From positions 19,285 through 83,284 of the forward strand of contig CBFGJV010000001.1 in NCBI GenBank assembly GCA_965649205.1: 64,000 nt of DNA, read 5' to 3'. Of the stretch, positions 48,129-58,400 are shown in pieces. The stretch is from a candidate division WOR-3 bacterium. Lineage in GTDB: Bacteria > Hydrothermota > Tepidihabitantia > Tepidihabitantales > Tepidihabitantaceae. The notes beneath the pieces were generated by a model, which was not told the DNA's origin, ran no database searches, and worked only from the letters and a program-made list of their open reading frames with translations. Both the position numbers and the translations under genes were made by a program. The first letter of the stretch is position 1. Each line of letters opens with the position of its first letter.

Positions 48129-49099
48129 ATGTGGCCATTCTGGCGCTAACTTGGGTAGTTGCGGTCCCGAGCACGTCCGTAAGAAACTTGTATCGCACTA
48201 TGGAATGGCAGCCGGGGACCACCGTTGTGATATTGCATCGGTTCGGAGACGTGTCAGTTGAGGGAAGGGGGCGTAACCGTATTGAAGTGAAAGGCAGGGT
48301 CAAAGCCATAGCTTCCTCTCCCAGTCGGGCTGCGGCTTTGACCAGATTGGTTCGTCTGCAGACCAGGCGACTGGACGATACTGTGGCGGTCAGCATTTCC
48401 GTGCCATCGGAGGCACCGCTCAGCCAAGAGGAAGGCTGGGAGACAAGTCTGACGCTGGTGGTGCCGGCAGGTGCCCGAGTTGTGGTAAGAAACAGTTTCG
48501 GCAATGTGATGGTAACGGACGTAGTCGGGGGTGGGGAGATTGTCAACCGTTTTGGGAACGTCAGTCTTGTTCGGTGCCGGAACTTCGAAGTGGCCAATCG
48601 CTTTGGAGACGTCTCTGTCTGTCGGGTATCTGGTCCGTTGCTAATATGCAACCGGTTCGGTAGCGTTTCTCTCGACAGCGTATGGCAGCAGGTGGAAGTA
48701 AACAATCGCTACGGTGAGGTACGGGCGCAGCATCTGGATGGAAGTGCTTCTCTCAGTAACCGGGGAGGGGTGATAACCTGTCGTCGTAGTTCGGGGGTCG
48801 TGTCTATAGAAAATCATCTAGGAGATGTTTTGGCTTGGGTGCAGGAGGACAGGTTGAAGGAAATTGAGATTGCCGCCGAGCTGGGAAGTGTCTGTTTGAA
48901 CCTTGAACGTTCGCTCTCTTTCCAATTGGACGCGGCCACGTTTGCGGGCCGCATCTGTTCGTCCCTGCCTCTCGTGCTAGAAAATCAGGGCCAGCACAAG
49001 TTTGCGTCCGGTGGCTTTGGTAGAGGAGGCCCTGTGATAAGGTTGTCTGGTATGCATGCGGATTTCGTGATAGCACACGATTCGCTAGAAAGAAGGTAA
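48125..49099 (+). CDS. DUF4097-like repeat (putative adhesin / beta-helix) protein
   Basis: Tandem ~20-aa units NRFGNVSLVR / NRFGDVSVCR / NRFGSVSLDS / NRYGEVRAQ, typical of the DUF4097 proteins that follow ECF sigma/anti-sigma pairs. Confidence 0.5.
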   Translation: MNVAILALTWVVAVPSTSVRNLYRTMEWQPGTTVVILHRFGDVSVEGRGRNRIEVKGRVKAIASSPSRAAALTRLVRLQTRRLDDTVAVSISVPSEAPLSQEEGWETSLTLVVPAGARVVVRNSFGNVMVTDVVGGGEIVNRFGNVSLVRCRNFEVANRFGDVSVCRVSGPLLICNRFGSVSLDSVWQQVEVNNRYGEVRAQHLDGSASLSNRGGVITCRRSSGVVSIENHLGDVLAWVQEDRLKEIEIAAELGSVCLNLERSLSFQLDAATFAGRICSSLPLVLENQGQHKFASGGFGRGGPVIRLSGMHADFVIAHDSLERR

Positions 49100-49105
49100 C
49101 CAACG

Positions 49106-49681
49106 ATGCGACAAGGAAGTACGAGGAGCATAGGTTTAGTACATACTGGTGCGCTCTGCTCAGCGGCAATTTTCCTTTGGCTGCTGCCGACCTTGGTGAC
49201 GGCTGGTCCGGATAGTACAGCCGCTGGTCAGGGGTGGTTGGGAGTCTACACTGACAATCTTACGGAACCAATGCTGGTAGCTCTCAATCTAACGCACGGG
49301 GTGCTGGTAACCGAAGTTCTCGAAGGTTCGCCCGCAAGCAAGGCGGGACTGCAAATGGGAGACGTGATTACCGAAATTGAGGGAGAGGCAGTTTACAATG
49401 GTCAAAAACTGCGCAGTGTGGTACGGACGCGGCCTGGGCGTAAAGTGCAGATTCGGATTCGCCGTCGGGGGCAGGAAAAAACCTTAGAAGCAGTCCTGCA
49501 GGCGCGGACACGAGATAGACGTTGGCGTGGGTACTTTCCTGATTTTCCAGATCCCAGAACTACGAAGCGACCTCTAGAGGAGAAAATAGAGCGACATATC
49601 CCACTACTGGATTCTTTGCGTAAAGAAATAGAAGCTCTGCGGGAGAACCTAAGGCAACTGCAGGAGAGACTCAGACAATAG
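49106..49681 (+). CDS. PDZ-domain protein with C-terminal coiled coil
   Basis: Signal/TM region, then PDZ fold GVLVTEVLEGSPASKAGLQMGDVITEIEGEAV, then a Leu/Glu heptad tail. Confidence 0.7.
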   Translation: MRQGSTRSIGLVHTGALCSAAIFLWLLPTLVTAGPDSTAAGQGWLGVYTDNLTEPMLVALNLTHGVLVTEVLEGSPASKAGLQMGDVITEIEGEAVYNGQKLRSVVRTRPGRKVQIRIRRRGQEKTLEAVLQARTRDRRWRGYFPDFPDPRTTKRPLEEKIERHIPLLDSLRKEIEALRENLRQLQERLRQ

Positions 49682-49803
49682 CGTATCGTTACGGGAGTCT
49701 GTCTGACCGGGTTTGACAGGGCTGGTTGCCGGCCTAGAATAATTTTTAGACTATCTAGGACCGTAGGTTGCATAAACAAATTAAGAAGAAAGGAAGAAAG
49801 TAC

Positions 49804-52053
49804 ATGTATAGTGTCAGGTTCTGGCGGTCGTTTCTTTTTTTTGTACTGGCGTTGGTTCCTGTTTTGGCCAGCGCTGGCCAGGTGGTGGTGCGAGTTTATG
49901 CTAAGGACTATTGGGAGCTGTACGAGCGGGTGCCCTTTAAGGGTACTTCTATCGAAATCGCCGGAGCAGACTTGGGTAAATCTTATGACCTGGTCTGTAA
50001 CCGAGCTGATCTGCCGCTAATTACCAATTGCGGTCTGCGCAATGAGATAATCATTGACGATTTGGATACCCGACGCCTAGAAGCGGCGGAGTTTGGTTTC
50101 TACTGTTCCTATGACTCAATGAAAAGCATACTGCGGAACCTGGCTTTGTCTTATCCATTCATATGCCGTCTGGACAGTTTTGGGCCTACCCACGAAGGAC
50201 GGTTTATATTGGGTCTGAAAATCTCCGACAATCCTTATGTGGATGAGGACGAGCCTGAAGTTCTGTTTATGGGCCAGGTCCACGCCCGCGAATGGGCAGC
50301 AGGTCAGGTCTGCAGGCACATTGCTGATACGCTGATTCGCAACTATGCAACCAACTCCAGTTTTCGCGACCTTATAGATAACCGTGAAATATGGGTTTTT
50401 CCCATTGTGAACGCAGACGGCTTTGCCTACGACTACCCTGGGCAACGTTCTTGGCGCAAGAACCGGCAGCCGTTTAGTAATTTCACCCCGCCTGGTTGCG
50501 ATGACAATCGCGATTTCAACGGCGTATGCAATGGTAACCGGATGGCTGACTGGGGTTCACTGGTGCGTGGTTCCCGTACTACTCACCTGCCTACTGATGA
50601 AACATTTTTTGGAGCCAAGGGAGCGTGGGCAAAGGAGATAGACGCTCTGTGCAACTGGTTTCGGCAGAGGACGATTGTCGCCTGTATAGAGTTTCACTCC
50701 TACTCAGAGCTTATTCTCTGGCCATACGGGCATGGCGAGAATACACCCGATAGTGCTTTCTACTCGGAGCTGGGTCGTCAGGTTGCCAGTCGCATCGGAA
50801 AACTTTCCGGTGGCACCTACACGCCCCAGCGCTCAGACCAGCTTTATCCCACAAATGGAGGCTCGGATGACTGGTTCTACGGCTGGGCCAGAACCATAGG
50901 GGGGTTCCCCTGTATGTCGTTCTGTTGCGAACTGGGCACCAGTTTCTACCAAAGCACGACGGACCTGAACAAGATACAGACCGAGGCTTTCAAGGGTTCC
51001 TTCTACCTTGCCCAGCAGGCAGACAACATTATCGCGACTCTAGAAGGTACGGTACCGCGTCCAATACTGGCGCCCATGGATTCCAGTTCTGGCTCTTTTA
51101 CTGTGAGTTGGAGCCCTATCCGGCCCGATCAGAATCACCCATTGAAATGGGAACTGGAAGAACTCAGCGATCTTACTGTGCTAGAGGACAATATGGAATC
51201 AGGAACTGACCTCTGGGTCCTGCAAGGTGCATCCCGTTCTACTACCCAGAGGCGTTCTGGTAGCTACAGCATATACCTCGGTACAGGGAACAATATATCT
51301 AACTACATGATGACCAAGGATCCGTACCCGGTTCGACAGGGAGACAGTCTGCGTTACTGGATTTGGTATAACACTGAAGCGAACTACGACGTCACGGTTG
51401 CGGAAGTTTCTCTGGAGGGCAAGGAATGGTTCCAGCTTCATGAGCGTTATACTGGCAACTCTTCAGGTTGGATTCGCAGAGCGTTCTCTCTGGAGCCTTG
51501 GGTTGGCAAATCTGTATTTATTCGCTTCCGCTATATGACTGACGACGGCACTTTAAACCCGGGTGTCTACGTAGACGATGTGTGGCCGGTTCCTTCCTTT
51601 GGGCAGCGCATGGTCATATCTGACAGCATCACCGACACAAGCTTCGTAATTACAGGCAAGCAGGTTGGGACTTATTACTACCGTGTTCGGGGTTACAACG
51701 CGGCCTGGGGCTGGGGTGACAAGGGGCCGCTGGAGGATATTGTAGTGACTGGCACTGACGTTAGAGAATCAGACAAGGGCGCTTCCACTGTTTCTGTCCA
51801 CCTCGAGCCCAATCCGTTCCGTGATAGGCTGGTTATCAGATTGACTCCGCGTGCGAAGCCTTCCTCTCCGGTAAGTATTTACGACGCAACAGGACGCGAG
51901 GTTGCAGTTTTGCACGTCTCATCCGACTCAAAAGGGCAGGAGCTGATTTGGAACGGAAAAGACAGGTCTGGCAGGCAGGTTCCTGCTGGTGTGTATTATG
52001 TGCGTACGCGAGGCAGCAACGCGTTGCAGTTTCGGGTGACTTGTCTCAGGTAA
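49804..52053 (+). CDS. M14-family zinc carboxypeptidase with T9SS C-terminal domain
   Basis: Signal peptide, zinc ligand block GQVHAREWAAG, conserved EFHSYSELILWPYGH, and CTD LEPNPFRDRLVIRL...GVYYVRTRGSNALQFRVTCLR. Confidence 0.85.
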   Translation: MYSVRFWRSFLFFVLALVPVLASAGQVVVRVYAKDYWELYERVPFKGTSIEIAGADLGKSYDLVCNRADLPLITNCGLRNEIIIDDLDTRRLEAAEFGFYCSYDSMKSILRNLALSYPFICRLDSFGPTHEGRFILGLKISDNPYVDEDEPEVLFMGQVHAREWAAGQVCRHIADTLIRNYATNSSFRDLIDNREIWVFPIVNADGFAYDYPGQRSWRKNRQPFSNFTPPGCDDNRDFNGVCNGNRMADWGSLVRGSRTTHLPTDETFFGAKGAWAKEIDALCNWFRQRTIVACIEFHSYSELILWPYGHGENTPDSAFYSELGRQVASRIGKLSGGTYTPQRSDQLYPTNGGSDDWFYGWARTIGGFPCMSFCCELGTSFYQSTTDLNKIQTEAFKGSFYLAQQADNIIATLEGTVPRPILAPMDSSSGSFTVSWSPIRPDQNHPLKWELEELSDLTVLEDNMESGTDLWVLQGASRSTTQRRSGSYSIYLGTGNNISNYMMTKDPYPVRQGDSLRYWIWYNTEANYDVTVAEVSLEGKEWFQLHERYTGNSSGWIRRAFSLEPWVGKSVFIRFRYMTDDGTLNPGVYVDDVWPVPSFGQRMVISDSITDTSFVITGKQVGTYYYRVRGYNAAWGWGDKGPLEDIVVTGTDVRESDKGASTVSVHLEPNPFRDRLVIRLTPRAKPSSPVSIYDATGREVAVLHVSSDSKGQELIWNGKDRSGRQVPAGVYYVRTRGSNALQFRVTCLR

Positions 52054-52127
52054 GGTCCGTCCGCGGGAACGCAGCATACCAGCATGTTCGCTCCTGCGGG
52101 TGTGGTCTATTCTAGGAAGCTAGCAAC

Positions 52128-53792
52128 ATGACAGACGCAGAGATAGCGCGCACCGTAAAACTCAAGTCAATATACGAGATAGTGGATGCACTTGGTATTA
52201 CTGACAGAGACTTGGTGCTTCCCAACGGCAATTACAAGGCAAAACTATCGCTGAGACTTCTGGACAGGCTACGGGACATGCCTGTCGGCAAGCTTATCCT
52301 TGTTACCGCTATTACCCCCACCAAGTATGGAGAGGGAAAGACCACTGTGTCAGTGGGGCTCTCTATGGCTCTAAACCGTCTCGGGAAAAAATCTATTGTC
52401 GTCCTGCGTCAACCTTCATTGGGACCGGTATTTGGGATTAAAGGGGGAGCTACTGGTGGTGGTCGTGCGCAGGTACTGCCGATCGATGATATCAACCTGC
52501 ACTTTACTGGCGACATTCATGCGGTTACTGCCGCACACAACCTGCTGGCGGCTATGCTGGACAGTTCAATCCATTTTGGCAATCCGTTGCGTATAGATGA
52601 GAGAGAGATATTCTTCCCGCGGGCCATAGATATGAACGACCGGGTGCTGCGTTCCATGGTAGTAGGTCTGGGCGGTCGGGCTAACGGGCCCGCCCGGGAG
52701 GACAGTTGTGTGATTACGGCTGCTTCCGAAGTTATGGCCATACTGGCTCTGTCAGCTTCGCGTACCGAGCTGAAAGAAAGGCTGGGCAAAATTCTGGTGG
52801 CGCTCAGCTACGACGACCGGGCTGTAACGGCCAACGACTTGGGTGCAACTGGCGCCATGGCAGTCTTGCTCAAGGATGCACTGAAACCCAATCTGGTACA
52901 GACTAGCGAGCATACGCCGGCATTTGTGCATGCCGGTCCGTTCGCCAACATTGCCCACGGGACGGCCAGTATAGTGGCTACGAACATGGCCTTGAGACTG
53001 GCAGAATATGTGGTAATAGAGGCGGGATTTGGCTCTGACCTTGGGGCGGAGAAGTTCGTTGACATCGTGGCGCCGCTGACAGGCTGGCAGGTCAGCGGAT
53101 GCGTGCTCGTGGCTACAGTGCGCGCGCTGCGGCACCAGGGCGGGGCTAAGGATGGGGCCAAGGGCAAATTGCGAGACCTCTGGGCAGGAATGGAAAATCT
53201 ACGTCGTCACATTGAGAATTGTCGGACGCTGGGACTGGAGCCGGTGGTGGCACTGAACCGGTTTGATACGGACAGCGACGATGACCTGCAGCTGGTGGCG
53301 AAGTACTGCTTAGAACTGGGAGTGGCTTGTGCTATCACTACCGGGTTTGTCCACGGTGGTAGAGGGTGCGAGGAGCTGGCCCAGTCCGTGATGCAGACCA
53401 TCCAGTCTAAACCGGGCCGGAATAAGCCACTCTACAGTTATGAGGCAAGAGTGGAGGAAAAGATTGAAACTGTGGCGCAGAAGATATATGGTGCAGAAAG
53501 GGTGGTGTACGCCCCCAGGGCGGAGAGAGACCTGAAAAGGATATACGCTCTGGGGTTTGACAAGCTGCCTGTCTGTATGGCCAAGACGCCGCTTTCTCTA
53601 TCTGACGATCCGGAATGTCTGGGTGCCTGTACAGGATTTAAGATAACAATTTCTGCTGTGCATATTCGAGCTGGCGCCGGATTTCTGGTACCGGTAGCCG
53701 GGGAAATGGAACTTTTGCCTGGTCTGGCCAAGCGTCCCAACGCCTTGAGGATAGACATTGCAGAAGACGGGACCATAACGGGTCTGGCGTGA
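52128..53792 (+). CDS. fhs: formate--tetrahydrofolate ligase
   Basis: 554 aa. N-terminal ITPTKYGEGKTTVSVGL P-loop-like block and overall Fhs architecture. Confidence 0.95.
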   Translation: MTDAEIARTVKLKSIYEIVDALGITDRDLVLPNGNYKAKLSLRLLDRLRDMPVGKLILVTAITPTKYGEGKTTVSVGLSMALNRLGKKSIVVLRQPSLGPVFGIKGGATGGGRAQVLPIDDINLHFTGDIHAVTAAHNLLAAMLDSSIHFGNPLRIDEREIFFPRAIDMNDRVLRSMVVGLGGRANGPAREDSCVITAASEVMAILALSASRTELKERLGKILVALSYDDRAVTANDLGATGAMAVLLKDALKPNLVQTSEHTPAFVHAGPFANIAHGTASIVATNMALRLAEYVVIEAGFGSDLGAEKFVDIVAPLTGWQVSGCVLVATVRALRHQGGAKDGAKGKLRDLWAGMENLRRHIENCRTLGLEPVVALNRFDTDSDDDLQLVAKYCLELGVACAITTGFVHGGRGCEELAQSVMQTIQSKPGRNKPLYSYEARVEEKIETVAQKIYGAERVVYAPRAERDLKRIYALGFDKLPVCMAKTPLSLSDDPECLGACTGFKITISAVHIRAGAGFLVPVAGEMELLPGLAKRPNALRIDIAEDGTITGLA

Positions 53793-53876
53793 TCCTCTGC
53801 ACTTTGTAGCCGGTTGACACTTTCCTAGATTCTCTCTATTCTATTTCGCTACAAGAAGACGGAGGTGCAACGTTAT

Positions 53877-54161
53877 ATGCCAGTCTATGAATTCAAGTGT
53901 GAAGACTGCGGCCGGCATTTCGATGTAGTAGCCAGCCTGGCTGAATTTGATGCCGGTCTGAAACCTGTTTGCCCTGGCTGTGCTGGGAGGACTTGTCGCC
54001 AGGTCATTGGTCGTGTTACCCTGCTGACGTCTTCAAAATCAGAGGATGACTTGGGGGACTTGGAAGACGACATAGGCGCAGATGACCTTGACAGCACCGA
54101 AGAAGATTATGATACGGAAGGATTCGGTTCCGAGGAAGACGAACTGGATTTTGACTACTAG
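53877..54161 (+). CDS. FmdB-family zinc-ribbon protein with poly-acidic C-terminal tail
   Basis: MPVYEFKCEDCGRHF...CPGCAG (CxxC..CxxC), followed by a D/E-rich tail. Confidence 0.6.
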   Translation: MPVYEFKCEDCGRHFDVVASLAEFDAGLKPVCPGCAGRTCRQVIGRVTLLTSSKSEDDLGDLEDDIGADDLDSTEEDYDTEGFGSEEDELDFDY

Positions 54162-54163
54162 GA

Positions 54164-54676
54164 GTGCTTTTGTACTGGTTTGACTGGGCAGCATTAGCCA
54201 TTGTTCTTGTCGTGGCAATTACGCAGACGGTACGCGGAATAAAAGCAGGAGGTATGGGGCTACCTTTGTTTGAGGCTGCAGGTCTGGTAGTTGCGGCCGT
54301 AGCCGCGACTAATCTGGCGGGCGGTATCAGTCAGTCCTTGCGTATAGCCAAACCCGTTGTGCTGATTGCCACTTTTGTCTTCTTGGCCATTTGGGCGTTC
54401 ATACTGGGCCGGTGGCTTTTTACGCTTACCGGTTTTTCCTTTGAGTCCCTGGACGGTTTTTTCAGTTTTGTCTTCGGGGTAGTAGCTGGCTGGACCCTGG
54501 CGCATATGTTCTTGCGGGTGATATTGGAATTCCAAGGGCCCTCCGGTCCTGTGGCGGGAGTCCTGCCTAATGCGCTCATAGCCAGAGAAATATATCTGTT
54601 CCGTGGCTGGAATTGGCTGGTGCAACTTTTGTTCCGCGCCAGGCTTGCACCCGAGTTTGACCCGGACGTAGGCTAG
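54164..54676 (+). CDS. CvpA-family (colicin V production) membrane protein
   Basis: N-terminal FDWAALAIVLVVAITQTVRGIKAGGM and four TM helices match the CvpA pattern. Confidence 0.55.
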   Translation: MLLYWFDWAALAIVLVVAITQTVRGIKAGGMGLPLFEAAGLVVAAVAATNLAGGISQSLRIAKPVVLIATFVFLAIWAFILGRWLFTLTGFSFESLDGFFSFVFGVVAGWTLAHMFLRVILEFQGPSGPVAGVLPNALIAREIYLFRGWNWLVQLLFRARLAPEFDPDVG

Positions 54677-54780
54677 AATCCTGGGTCCTGTTTGTAGCTT
54701 GACATCATAATTGTTTCGGGTGTAATCTATACGCGTGCATACCGGAAACAGACCCGACAGAGTAAGTAGGGGAGACCATC

Positions 54781-55350
54781 TTGAATCCGCCCAATAAGAC
54801 AAGACGACCAGACCTGACTGCGACGCGTTCTCCCTTGCGAGAGAAGCGCAGGAGTGCCGGAATCAGTCGTAACTTCATTCTGCTTCTTGCTCTGATTGTT
54901 GTGGTCGGGATTGCAGGAGTGGTAATTGCCACGAGCAGAAAACCGGGGCAGAGGGCAAAGCAGGGAACGAAGGCGGTCGGCGAGGCGGTGGAGGGAACCG
55001 TCGGGTCCAAGCGGGGGCAGCGACGACTTACGACTGCCAGGGCAGCGGGCGAACGGATCCGCAGACCAAAGGAAAAAAGAAAAAGAAGAGAGCGGAAAGA
55101 AAGGGTTTCTCGCAAAGGACGGAGGAAGGGTGGGGGAAGTATTGCCCGTACCCGGCGAGCTCTGCCTCGACAACTGCAGATGATAGTAACCGGGGTCGGT
55201 GGCGAGCGCCTGGCTGTTGTGGACAACAAACAGTACAAAACCGGGGACGAGGTGGAAGGTCGAAGACTCATGCAGGTGGGGCCTGACCAGGTAGTAGTAG
55301 AATACAAGGGCAAGACGTACACCGTCCGTGTTGGTCAGCAGCTTTATTAA
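54781..55350 (+). CDS. hypothetical single-pass membrane protein with highly basic (K/R) linker and C-terminal beta domain
   Basis: TM helix ILLLALIVVVGIAGVVIA, then a RKRRERKER low-complexity stretch, then a conserved-looking C-terminus. Function unknown. Confidence 0.4.
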   Translation: MNPPNKTRRPDLTATRSPLREKRRSAGISRNFILLLALIVVVGIAGVVIATSRKPGQRAKQGTKAVGEAVEGTVGSKRGQRRLTTARAAGERIRRPKEKRKRRERKERVSRKGRRKGGGSIARTRRALPRQLQMIVTGVGGERLAVVDNKQYKTGDEVEGRRLMQVGPDQVVVEYKGKTYTVRVGQQLY

Positions 55351-55495
55351 TGTCCCCTGCTGGCAGAATTGCTCCTTCGTGAATAAAGAGACTTTTTCTT
55401 TTGTGCTGTCTGCAGCATAGGAAGTACAGGCTTTGCATGGCCTCAAGCATCCCTTCCTGTCCGGTGCAGCGAAAAAGACAAAACGGAGGTTGGTT

Positions 55496-58400
55496 ATGAG
55501 AAACAGACTCCTTTTGTTGGTCGCAGGGCTGTCAGGTTTCGCCATGGCGCAGCAGGCATGGTTGTCAGTTGCAAATGACACAGGCCGGCCAAAGGTAAAG
55601 ATCAAAGAACAAAGCGCCCTCAGAACCGTCTTTGAAGTCATAGTGCCGGGTGTGAATATAGAGCAGATAGAAGCTGAGGGCGAAACTTTTGTGCGTCTTT
55701 CGCTTCCAGGTGAAGTCATGGCGGTGCTGGAAGAGGGAAGGCCCCAAGTGCCAAAGGTGTCAGTGTTGTTGGGAATTCCCACAGGAGCGCGGGTTTCCAC
55801 GGAGGTACTAAGCAAAAAGACCAGAACTTTTGCTGTCGGGACTGTCTATCCTCTGCAGCCTCCGCTAACTGACAAGCAGCAACAGGGTACTCTCGCCTAT
55901 GACCGCCGATTCTATACGCAGGATGTCTATTTCCCGGGTTATGACCACCGGCTGATAGAAACAGGCATCTGGCGTGACTTGGCCGTAGCCAATATTCAGG
56001 TCTATCCAGTCCAGGTGAATCCGGTTCGCGGCACTGTTGAAATAGCGTCACATATCCTCATAGAGGTCAACTACTCGGGTGGATTTTACCCCAAAAATGT
56101 TGCGGAATGGATGCTTCCACAATACGCCCGGTACGTGGACAATTTTGCCGAATTAGGCTTGCAGCCGATAGACACCTATACATCCGGGGTCCGCTATCTG
56201 GTCATAAGCCATGCGTCTTATGCCTCAGAATCGTATCTGCTGGACTCATTGCTGGGTTGGGTGAAAAAACGGGGATACGAAACCAGAGTGATAGCCAAAA
56301 CTTCCTTTACTGCCCAGGAAATAAAAGATTCTATCCGGGCTGAATATCTGCGCAACAATCCCAAAGCCCTGCGCTGGGTGCTGCTAGTCGGCGAGTATGC
56401 GCAGATACCGCAGGGTTCTTATTCGGGGGTGACGCGGTCTGACTTCTGGTATTCAGACCTGGAGCCCTGGCCAGCCGGCGATAACTATCCGGAGATAGGT
56501 ATATGCCGGCTTTCACCCTCTTCTAATGCTGACCTGATCAATCAGATAAAAAAGATTCTTCAGTACCAGAAGAGCCCGCCCTCAACTGGCAACTGGTTGG
56601 ACAAGATTGCCCTGCCAGCGCACAGAGAGCAATATCCTGGTAAGTACTCTGGGTGCACGCGCGGTATTTACTTTATGCCCAAGCCCTACTGGAACCCTTC
56701 CCTAGTGGAGACGATAATGGGTCAATTCACGGGCAACGCCGCAGTCACCGCCGCCATAAACCAGGGTCGAAACATCGTGGCTTATCGGGGACACGGTGAC
56801 TATACGGAATGGTCTTCTTGGGGAACCGAAGGTTCGTGGTACAATTCTCACGTTGATGCTCTGGCCAATGGCAGTATGACTCCGGTATTGTACAACGTCG
56901 CCTGCAACTGCGGCGATATTTATCAGAGCGAATGTCTTTCCGAGAAGTGGATGCGCAAATTCCCGGGTGGAGCCGTAGCCAGTCTGGGCGCAACTCAGCC
57001 TTCTTACACACTTCCCAACCACGGCATCTGTTCCACTCTGGTACGAGCCACTTCTGATACCTGGACTATTGCCGGTGCGCGCAATTACGGGCCCACAGTA
57101 TACAACCTCGCTGATATTAAATGTTATGGCGTAGATGCCTATGTGGCGAAGTATTGGCCGAGCAGTCCTTATCCCTACAACATATGGATGTATCTGATGC
57201 TGGGAGACCCGGCAATGCCGGTTTGGTGCGGCGGGATGCCCCAGATTGCTACTGTAGATGTCCCGGCCACGATACCCCTGGGTCCTTATGAGTTGTCTGT
57301 GAGCGTAAGCCTCGGCACCAGGCCAGTTGAAGGTGCACTGGTCTGCGCCTGGAAAGAGCCCGATTTCTACGTATCGGGCCGGACCGATGCCACAGGTCAA
57401 GTTACGCTCCCCGTGAACGCAGTTGATCCGGGCGAGGTGTTGGTTACTGTAAGCGAGGGACATGCGCAGAGGTCCGTACCGGGCGTAGTACACACGCCGA
57501 TATTGCCTTATGAGACTACGATTCGGGCCGGCGGTGCGCCCGTACCCAATCTGGTCTATGTATCCAGTCGCATTCTGGATGTGCCCCCCGGAGGGAACAA
57601 CAACGGACGGCTCGACCCCGGGGAAACCGCCAGACTGGAGATAACACTGCGCAATGCAGGCGGAGCAGACTGCTACAACACGCGGGGTATATTCCGTTCG
57701 ACCGATGCCCGGCTTCAGGCAACTGACCCGCATGGAAGCTGGGGAAACATAATCCGTGGCGGAAGCGCGAGCAACACCGAGGACCCGTTCGAGGTCAGAG
57801 CCGACATTTCAATCCTGCCTGGAACTGTAATTCCGTGTACCCTATCGCTGACAGGAGATGGGGCATACTACGAGAAAAAGCTTGGTATCTCCTTGACAGT
57901 GGGTCAGCCGCCTAATCCTCCTGGAAATCGGTTGTGGGGGCCGAAGACAGGTGCGGGTTTGCCGCAAACTGCGGGTCTGCAGGGCATTGCCTATAACCCG
58001 ACTGACGACAACATCTACTGCTGCCATTATCTCAGTCCCTACATCTACAAATACTCCTCGGATAGCATGCTGGTGAGTCGGGGAACTATTCCGGCTCCGG
58101 CGGATTCTTGTACTGACCTAGCCTACTGCTCCTACGACAATACCTTCTGGGTACTGGCTAATGCCAAGAAGAGGATATACAAGATAACTCCTGACGGCAC
58201 AGTATTGCGGTCGTTCTCCGTAGCTATTGCTTCCTATCCTACCGGGATTGCAGAAGAAGAGAATTCTCACGTACTCTATCTGATTGACCGCAGATTGAAC
58301 AGAGAAGCTCCGGCTTACATATATATGCTGGACACTCTGGGGAATGTGCTGGGGGCTCTGGACCATCCTCTTGCGGGCAACCTGGGACCGCGCGGCCTGG

